Origin: a virus | Lineage: Duplodnaviria > Caudoviricetes | DNA length: 54,006 nt | Virus record (IMG/VR): IMGVR_UViG_3300010381_000013 | Span: 1-54,006 of that record | Direction: 5' to 3' (one strand) | In this document: positions 47,809 to 54,006 of the stretch, piece after piece | How the letters are laid out: every line of letters starts with the position of its first letter | Position numbering within the stretch: position 1 is the stretch's first letter | Notes under the pieces: model-generated | Seen by the model: the letters and a program-made list of their open reading frames with translations, nothing else | Databases searched by the model: none | Told to the model about the DNA's origin: nothing | Made by a program: the position numbers and the translations under genes

Positions 47809-48017
47809 TGTTGGCGATGTTTTTTTTGCGCTATAATTCGCATTTTTAATTGACGACTTCACTATTTTCACCTAAAACAACAATTGAGCGAATTAAGACG
47901 CATCCCAATTACCAAGGACACGGCCGAGGGCAGAGGTCGCACCAAAAATTTCGTCCTGAAGGACGGATTCGGCGGTCGGACCCTGCATAATCAGTCATCC
48001 TACCAAGAGGTTATTCG
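47809..48017. promoter_or_regulatory. Lysis/lysogeny switch region
   Basis: AT-rich; TTGACG(47850)-17 nt-TAAAAC; inverted TAATTCGC/GCGAATTA flanking the promoter. Confidence 0.55.
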
Positions 48018-48317
48018 ATGAACGATTTTAGCGAACAAATACGCAACAAAGCGAGCGGGCGTCAAGTGCGCCTGAAAGTTTTCCTTTTGGAAAACGGTAT
48101 CGAAGTGAAGGGGTTGGCAGAAAAACGCGGCATCTCCCGGGGTGCGATGGGCGACGTGCTTTCCGGCCGGAGGCCAAAACGTGAACATATCGAATGGCTT
48201 GTAACGCAGGGCATCCCGGCGGAGCTGCTGCCGCTCCCGGCCGTGCCGAAAAAGCGCGGCCCCAAACCGAAACAGCCGACACTCATCTCCCCTGTCCCCG
48301 ACGCGGAGGCAGCATGA
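48018..48317 (+). CDS. Cro-like HTH protein
   Basis: VKGLAEKRGISRGAMGDVLSGRR HTH; divergent from cI. Confidence 0.78.
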   Translation: MNDFSEQIRNKASGRQVRLKVFLLENGIEVKGLAEKRGISRGAMGDVLSGRRPKREHIEWLVTQGIPAELLPLPAVPKKRGPKPKQPTLISPVPDAEAA

Positions 48318-48549
48318 CCAGCGCGCCCGCACGCCATGGCGTGAACCGGCCGCAGGCAGGGTCCGTCTCCCGGCACTCCTTTCGGGCGCGACGGCAATTC
48401 TTGATCCAGCCGGCAGGAGAAAACCGGCCGGTCAGGGTGCACACCCATTCCTCGCAATCGGCGCATCGCGGCTCCCGGGCTGGCTGTTCCATGCCGCCAC
48501 GCTGCCAGGAAAATTCCCGGCCCTCCACGAGATAGAAAGGGGCGAATCT

Positions 48550-49002
48550 ATGGCACGCAAATTCGATTCCCTGGTCGAGGTGCTTCACGAAGACGTCCTT
48601 GACGCGCCCTCCGGACTGACGCCGGGCGAAATCGGGGAGGAGCTTGGTTTCTCCCGCTACAACACGTTCATGAACCAGATTTCGCAGCAGGACGGTTTCA
48701 AGCTCGACGCCAACATGGTGTTGCCGTTGATGCGCAAGACCGGGTCGAAACGGCCGCTGCACTATCTCGCGGCGCGCATGGGTTGCGTGGTCATCGACCG
48801 GCCGCACGCGGCGGCGGGGACGGACACCCTGGCCCGGCAGGCCATCAAGGCCGTGGAAGAGGTCGGGGACGTCATGCGGGTTTTCCTCGAGACGTCCGGC
48901 GACGGGGACATCAGCGCCCAGGACAAGCGCGACGTGCACAAGGAAATCTACGAAGCCGTGCAAGCCTTGATCGCTTTCGACAAGGCCCTGGAGATCGCCT
49001 GA
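48550..49002 (+). CDS. Phage regulatory CII-like protein
   Basis: N-terminal HTH, PLHYLAARMG, EVGDV...DGDISAQDK motif. Confidence 0.75.
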   Translation: MARKFDSLVEVLHEDVLDAPSGLTPGEIGEELGFSRYNTFMNQISQQDGFKLDANMVLPLMRKTGSKRPLHYLAARMGCVVIDRPHAAAGTDTLARQAIKAVEEVGDVMRVFLETSGDGDISAQDKRDVHKEIYEAVQALIAFDKALEIA

Positions 49003-49004
49003 CC

Positions 49005-49736
49005 ATGGCCGCCCTATCGACATCCCGCCAGGGAGTGGCCGCCTCCGGGTCGCGCGAACTTCCTCCGCGCGCGGCATCGGCCGTTGGCCGGGAAGCGCTT
49101 TCCTTCCCGGCCTCTGGCGAGGCGTCGACCCGAAACGGCGTCCCGGCGGACGCGTTCCCCCTCCGCGCGTTTGGCCCGGCACGGCCGACAAATCCCCCGT
49201 CGGCCGTGCCAGCCCCGCCGTTGCAGGCCCTTCGCATCCACGACATGCGCCAGTCCGGCGGCGCGCGGCGTATGTCGCTTTTCGACCTGCCCGAGCCCGA
49301 TCCGCGCCAGGGGCACAAGCTCACGCTCACGGTCAAACAGTGGCGCGTCTTCCTGGACCCGGACAACTGGCCCAGGCCGCGTCTGGCCGTGCTCAACCTG
49401 TTCGAGGAGTACGGCCGGTTCGTGGGCCGCCCGGCCTGCGAGGTGGTTCCGGCGACCGGTCAGGGCTGGTTCGGCCCCGGCCAGGAGCCTTGGCACCGGG
49501 CCATGGCGGAGGTCCTGGCCTTCGCCCGGGAGCACACGGGCATCGACTACCGCTACCCGGGCGACGGCATGATCTACGACACGACCGCCTACTACGACGA
49601 GGATCGGCCGTTTCTCGATTTCCCGGACGAACCGCTGTTCATGAGCCATCAGGATTTCCCGGAGCACCTGGCCCACATGCGATGGGACAGGACGTTCCGA
49701 TTGCCCGAGCGGTTTCGGAAGGGAGCGGCGGCATGA
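49005..49736 (+). CDS. Hypothetical early protein (true start may be 49272)
   Basis: Coding-like from MSLFDLPE onward; stop overlaps the next ATG. Confidence 0.5.
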   Translation: MAALSTSRQGVAASGSRELPPRAASAVGREALSFPASGEASTRNGVPADAFPLRAFGPARPTNPPSAVPAPPLQALRIHDMRQSGGARRMSLFDLPEPDPRQGHKLTLTVKQWRVFLDPDNWPRPRLAVLNLFEEYGRFVGRPACEVVPATGQGWFGPGQEPWHRAMAEVLAFAREHTGIDYRYPGDGMIYDTTAYYDEDRPFLDFPDEPLFMSHQDFPEHLAHMRWDRTFRLPERFRKGAAA

Positions 49737-49942
49737 GCGTTTCCGGCCGCGATCCGCTGCCCGGCGTGCTGCCCTACGCGCCCGGGGACCGGGTGGGGAT
49801 GCCCCAGCGGTGGCGCTCCGGTCGCTGCGCCACCTGGATCATGGCCATCGTCTGGACGGGCGAAGAGTGGGCGGCGCGCTGCGCCGGCGAACGCAAACCG
49901 GTGCCGCTCGCGCTGATCGAGCGGCGTGGAGGCGGGAAATGA
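49733..49942 (+). CDS. Hypothetical protein
   Basis: ATGA coupling at both ends. Confidence 0.5.
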   Translation: MSVSGRDPLPGVLPYAPGDRVGMPQRWRSGRCATWIMAIVWTGEEWAARCAGERKPVPLALIERRGGGK

Positions 49943-50397
49943 GCGTTTACGAATGCCCCTACTGCGAAGCGGAGTTGTCTCCGGAAGACCTAGCGCTCCT
50001 GACGACGAAGAAACTCATTGATTACAGCCAGGATGATTTCACCTTCGAGTCGGAAACGACCTGCCCGCGATGTCGGAGGCCCCTCCTGATTGTCGGCACG
50101 GTTTACGGCGAAACGGAATTGAAGCCGGCCAGGACCGTCATGGTGGACGGCGAAGAGGTCCCGGACATGGAATACGACATGGCCGACGTCATGCGCCACT
50201 TCGCCAAGCGTCCGGACCAGCTTCGCGTCGCACCCAACGAGATCACTTGCGAAGTTTGCCGCCGTCCGGGCGACACGAATTGTCGCACCGCGGCGGACTA
50301 CATCAAGGCCGGCTGGCGCGTGGTGGCCGAATACCCGGGCGTGCGCGCCACGTGCCCGGCCTGTCGCGGAGGCGTCCATGCACAACACGCTGCTTGA
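49939..50397 (+). CDS. Multi-CxxC zinc-ribbon protein
   Basis: CPYC, CPRC, CEVC, CPAC. Confidence 0.6.
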   Translation: MSVYECPYCEAELSPEDLALLTTKKLIDYSQDDFTFESETTCPRCRRPLLIVGTVYGETELKPARTVMVDGEEVPDMEYDMADVMRHFAKRPDQLRVAPNEITCEVCRRPGDTNCRTAADYIKAGWRVVAEYPGVRATCPACRGGVHAQHAA

Positions 50398-50632
50398 CCG
50401 CAAATTTTCCGAGGCCGAGACGGCCGTGGCCGATCTGGCGGCCGATCCGTTTCTGACCAGGCCACAGAGGCAGGCTCTTCGCGGGGCGCTCGGCACCATC
50501 CAGGGCGTGGCCCTCGTGCGGCGCCATGCCCTGCTGCGGATGATCCCCGGCGGGCTGGCCCCCGTAGCGGATTTCCGTGAACGCCAGCTCCCGGCCGGCG
50601 ACCGGGATGGAGGGTGCGACGATGCCGCCTAG
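50378..50632 (+). CDS. Hypothetical protein
   Basis: GGAGG RBS, 84 aa. Confidence 0.5.
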   Translation: MHNTLLDRKFSEAETAVADLAADPFLTRPQRQALRGALGTIQGVALVRRHALLRMIPGGLAPVADFRERQLPAGDRDGGCDDAA

Positions 50633-50796
50633 CCCTCGGAAAATGAAGCTCCTCGGATACCGCAAAGTGTTTTCCCGCACCCAACCAGCCCCGGCTTCGG
50701 TGCTATCTATGGTCTTCTGCATCACCTGGACTGGAGAGCCTCTGTCTATGGCCGAAGGCCACGCCGCGCAACCGGACGAACACCGGGAGGGCGATC

Positions 50797-50952
50797 ATGC
50801 AGCCTGACGCCCTCGCCCTGGTCATTCTCTGGGTTATCTGGGCGCTGGCCGTGCTGGCCATCGGCGTGGCGCTCTGGGTGGGCCGGCATGAGCGCGTCGT
50901 CGGCCGCCGTATCGACATCGCCCCGGAAACCGCCGCCCGGTTCGAGCGGTAG
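50797..50952 (+). CDS. 51-aa single-TM protein
   Basis: GGAGG RBS; MQPDALALVILWVIWALAVLAIGVALW. Confidence 0.5.
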   Translation: MQPDALALVILWVIWALAVLAIGVALWVGRHERVVGRRIDIAPETAARFER

Positions 50953-50961
50953 GAGAAGACC

Positions 50962-51228
50962 ATGGTCGGCATACTCGCATCGTGTGTGGATTTGATCGAG
51001 ATCCCGGAGGAAGGGCCCGACATGGAAGGAATACGCGCCCTCAAGCTCCACCAGGACGCGGCCGAGGCCATGGCCGACGCCGCCCAGGCGGAAACCCGGC
51101 TGCGGCATCTGCTCGGCCATCACGCCCTGGTGCTGCATCCCGACGCCCAGAAAGCTGCCCGCGACTGCCTGGACGCCCTGGACCGCCTGGACACCCTCGG
51201 CCGCAAAGCCCGGGAATTGGGGGTGTAG
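50962..51228 (+). CDS. Hypothetical protein
   Basis: AGGAG RBS, 88 aa, helical. Confidence 0.55.
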   Translation: MVGILASCVDLIEIPEEGPDMEGIRALKLHQDAAEAMADAAQAETRLRHLLGHHALVLHPDAQKAARDCLDALDRLDTLGRKARELGV

Positions 51229-51230
51229 CC

Positions 51231-52400
51231 ATGTGCGCCGCGCCCCTCTCCATCCTCCGCGACGACCTTCTGGCCGCGCTCACCAGGGCGGCGTCCGCCG
51301 TGGCGGCCAAGAAAGACCCCGTCAGCGGCAGCGTCTGGTGCGACGCTACATCCAGCCCGCACGGGCTGGTCACCATCACGGCCACGGACGGCACCCTGGA
51401 CGTCCACTGCCGGCTGACGGCCGCCCCCGGGTTCGATCCGTTCCAATGCGGCCTCCCGGCCAAGAAATCCCTGGATCTGGTGTCGCGGCTCCCGTCGGCC
51501 CCGATCACCCTTTCCCCGGACCCGGACGCCGGCATGCTGCGGCTGCGCTGCGGCCGGACCCGGGCCAGCCTGCCCATGGCCGACTGGCGCTATGCGCCGA
51601 CGCTGGAGCCGCTGCCGGCGACAACCCATCCTCTTGATCCGGCGCCGCTGGCCGCCGCCATTGCCGCCGCCGCGCCCTCTGCCGGAGACAGCGAGGAAGG
51701 CCTCGATCAGGTGCGTTTCACGCCCTTTGGCGACCCCGGCATGCTCCGGGTCGAGGCGCTCGACGGCCACCAGTTCGTGCGCGTGGACGTCGCGCCCCAG
51801 GGCGGCCGGCAAGGTTGGTGGCAGACCGTGCCCGACGCCTTCGGCGTGGAAGCGCGCCGCATGGCCACCGGCGCAAAATGGCTCGAAACGGCCCGGGCCA
51901 TGGCCGTCTCCGACAAGCGCCTGTTTTTCACCGACGCCGTGGGCTGGTGGAGCCTGCCCGTGCGGCGCGGCATCTGGGTCGATACGGACCGGCTCATGGC
52001 CAAGGTCGAGGACGTCTACGCTGTGGATATCCGCGCCCAGGCTTTTGCCGAGGCGGCCGAACGGCTGGCCATCTACCTGCCCGAGGGCTCGAAGAATATG
52101 TGCCTGACCATCGGCCAGGGAGACGCGTCCCTCTGCCTGCCGGCCGTGCGCGGTTTCGAGCCCTTGGAGTCACTGGCAAGGGCTGTTCCGCAAACCCTTC
52201 GGGTGGTCATCCCGGGCGTGGAGTTCGGGCGGTTCCTGCGCCGCGCGCCGTCCGAATCGGTCCGGCTTTGCTGCGGCGGGCCGCTCCATCCCATTGGCGT
52301 TTTCCCGCTCCATGGCGACCAGTTCCAGGAAGGCTGGGCCGGCATCTTCATCGGCTGCGAGGACGACGTCGCGGCCTACACCAGCGAGGAAGCGGCATGA
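51231..52400 (+). CDS. Divergent DNA polymerase III beta-clamp (DnaN)-like protein
   Basis: About 390 aa; LSILRDDLLAALTRA, ITATDG, LPAKKSLDLVSRLP and EALDGHQF parallel DnaN motifs. Confidence 0.7.
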   Translation: MCAAPLSILRDDLLAALTRAASAVAAKKDPVSGSVWCDATSSPHGLVTITATDGTLDVHCRLTAAPGFDPFQCGLPAKKSLDLVSRLPSAPITLSPDPDAGMLRLRCGRTRASLPMADWRYAPTLEPLPATTHPLDPAPLAAAIAAAAPSAGDSEEGLDQVRFTPFGDPGMLRVEALDGHQFVRVDVAPQGGRQGWWQTVPDAFGVEARRMATGAKWLETARAMAVSDKRLFFTDAVGWWSLPVRRGIWVDTDRLMAKVEDVYAVDIRAQAFAEAAERLAIYLPEGSKNMCLTIGQGDASLCLPAVRGFEPLESLARAVPQTLRVVIPGVEFGRFLRRAPSESVRLCCGGPLHPIGVFPLHGDQFQEGWAGIFIGCEDDVAAYTSEEAA

Positions 52401-52594
52401 AGGCCGTCGCTCAGGCCCGGGCCGACCGCCGCTACGTCAAGCAAACGTGGAAGCGTTGCGCCAAGTGTGTCTATTTCCATGCGCTCAATAGCCGGGGGCA
52501 CAACGTCTGCTCCCTGGACGGCGCGCCAACGCCAAAGACAGCCTGTTGCAAAGAGTTCACCCCGACAGGAGCCCCAAATGCAAAAGCCTCGTGA
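52397..52594 (+). CDS. Small Cys-rich protein
   Basis: CAKC...C...CC; ATGA coupling. Confidence 0.5.
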   Translation: MKAVAQARADRRYVKQTWKRCAKCVYFHALNSRGHNVCSLDGAPTPKTACCKEFTPTGAPNAKAS

Positions 52595-52943
52595 ACTGAC
52601 CCAGGAAGAACGTGATTGGATCGAAGACTGGTTGCCGCGCCTGCCCATGCGCGTGGCCAGGGAAGCCGTCTACGAGGTTTTGGCCGGACTCATCAAGCCG
52701 GCTACCCTGCGCCATGCCGATTGCATGGGGTTCGGCCCGGCTATCCGCTACAAGGTTGGGAAAAAGGTTGTCTACGAGACGCGCATCCTGCTCGAGTGGA
52801 TTGTCCGTAAGGATGGCCTCACGCGTCTGATGGATCTGGAAGGGATGGCGTCGGCCGACAAAGAACGGCCACGTCCTCGCGGAGCCAGGAAGGACGCAGA
52901 TGCGCATACCGCTGCGTCATTGCGGGGGTCTTGTGCCGCATGA
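52578..52943 (+). CDS. Putative excisionase/recombination directionality factor
   Basis: AREAVYEVLAGLIKPATLRHAD..GFGP....VGKKVVY....LLEW winged-helix pattern; convergent with int. Confidence 0.65.
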   Translation: MQKPRELTQEERDWIEDWLPRLPMRVAREAVYEVLAGLIKPATLRHADCMGFGPAIRYKVGKKVVYETRILLEWIVRKDGLTRLMDLEGMASADKERPRPRGARKDADAHTAASLRGSCAA

Positions 52944-54006
52944 GCTTTTGGATGCGATACAGGTCCACGTCGGCCAGGGCCAGCCAGGAGGCAAACGTAT
53001 GTCGCAGACTGTGAAACGTCAGCCGATGCTGTCGGTCCTCGTCGCCCCTGTTCAGGCCGATGGACCAGGCCAGCCACGTGAACTGCTTGGAAAGCGCCTT
53101 GTTTCGCTGATCGGTGGGCACGAACACTTTACCGGCCCTCGAGCCGGCAAGGCGGCGGCGCAACATTCCCGAAACCTCGTCGTTGAGCGGGACCTTGCCG
53201 CCGGGCTTGCCGTCATCCTCCCGGACCGTCAGATACCCGTGGGGAAGATCCACGTCCTGGGCATCAAGACGGTATATCTCACCAAGCCGAAGCCCGGTGT
53301 GCACGGACAGGATAACCGCGTCATGAAGGTCCGGGCATTGCGCCTCACACGTGGCGTCAAGCAGACGGTCATACTCCTCTCGGGTGAGGAACCGCTCGCA
53401 GGCATTGTCCAGCCGTGGCATCTTCACCGAGCTCACGGGATTGCGCTTCTCGAACAGGCCTCGAGTCGCAAAGACGTTCAGGGCTTTGCGCAAAAGCGCA
53501 AGGATCTGTTTGACCGTGGACCGGCTCAAGGATTCAAGCAGCCGGTCCCGGTAGGCCTCGACGGACGCCACGGTGATGGCATCAAGAGGCAGGCCCCCGA
53601 ACTCCTTATACAGGTAGTTGTGCAGTCGGATTTCTTCCATCCAGGCGGATTTCTTTTCCTGTCTGGCCCACGGCACATAGTAGGCCTCGCAAAGTTCCTC
53701 GAACGTCCTGGACTTGCCAGCCTGTTCTTTGGCAACAGCTTCGTGTTCGCGCCGGGCCTGGCGCTTGGCGGCCAGGGTTGCCGGGCCTTCGCCGATGGTG
53801 TTCGCGCGCTCGAGCTGCGCCCGCATGTCGGCGGCCTTCTTCGGCGTCCATCCTTCGGATTGCCAGCCAAGCCCCTCCTCGACGCGGCGTCCGTCCCTGT
53901 AGTATCGAAGGGCGTAGTAGCGATCGGGTCGGCCCTGATGCAGCCTCGTGGGATGCTCCCGGTAACGCACGCCGGGGTGCGGCGTTTTCAGCCATTGGCA
54001 TGCCAT
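52819..54006 (-). CDS. int: Tyrosine integrase
   Basis: TGLRLGE (R), FHSLRHT (HxxR), LMRHK (H), TQRYAH (Y); N-terminal arm-binding-like domain. Confidence 0.95.
   Translation of the reverse strand: MACQWLKTPHPGVRYREHPTRLHQGRPDRYYALRYYRDGRRVEEGLGWQSEGWTPKKAADMRAQLERANTIGEGPATLAAKRQARREHEAVAKEQAGKSRTFEELCEAYYVPWARQEKKSAWMEEIRLHNYLYKEFGGLPLDAITVASVEAYRDRLLESLSRSTVKQILALLRKALNVFATRGLFEKRNPVSSVKMPRLDNACERFLTREEYDRLLDATCEAQCPDLHDAVILSVHTGLRLGEIYRLDAQDVDLPHGYLTVREDDGKPGGKVPLNDEVSGMLRRRLAGSRAGKVFVPTDQRNKALSKQFTWLAWSIGLNRGDEDRQHRLTFHSLRHTFASWLALADVDLYRIQKLMRHKTPAMTQRYAHLRPSWLREDVAVLCRPTPSLPDPSDA

Larger units (their letters stand above)
1913..54006. mobile_element. Temperate siphovirus prophage with lambda-like head module; right att site lies beyond the window
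   Basis: Contiguous replication, packaging, head, lysis, tail, immunity, xis and int modules between a tRNA 3' end and a tyrosine integrase. Confidence 0.93.

Noticed and set aside
50179-50208. 23/30 match to the reverse complement of spacer 4 (35168-35197); a weaker 21/30 match near 48862
   Set aside because: Mismatches fall in the PAM-proximal seed, and this level is plausible by chance in GC-rich codon-biased DNA; not called self-targeting

Overview
Almost the whole window (about 1913-54006) is one apparently near-complete temperate siphovirus prophage with lambda-like head genes. It is integrated at the 3' end of a tRNA-Leu(TAG) gene in a GC-rich host; the protein families suggest Desulfovibrionaceae, which is an inference. 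Left to right it carries: an SF3 helicase/primase replication module with an iteron origin; ParB plus a methyltransferase-like gene; terminases; a HicAB moron; head, lysis (embedded Rz/Rz1) and tail genes; an accessory block; the CI/Cro switch; early genes including a beta-clamp homolog; Xis and Int. The standout is a minimal prophage-borne type II-C CRISPR-Cas9 locus. It has 15 repeats and 14 spacers starting 1 nt after the last tail gene, and a 1051-aa Cas9 with all catalytic motifs whose stop codon lies inside the last repeat. It has no cas1, cas2 or leader. A divergent tracrRNA is followed by an extra 10-nt repeat fragment that may be a scaRNA-like regulatory guide. Next to it are an HNH-HIT fusion gene, a surface-glycosylation cassette and an HsdR-N-like nuclease. 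All calls come from motif reading by eye; no database searches were run.
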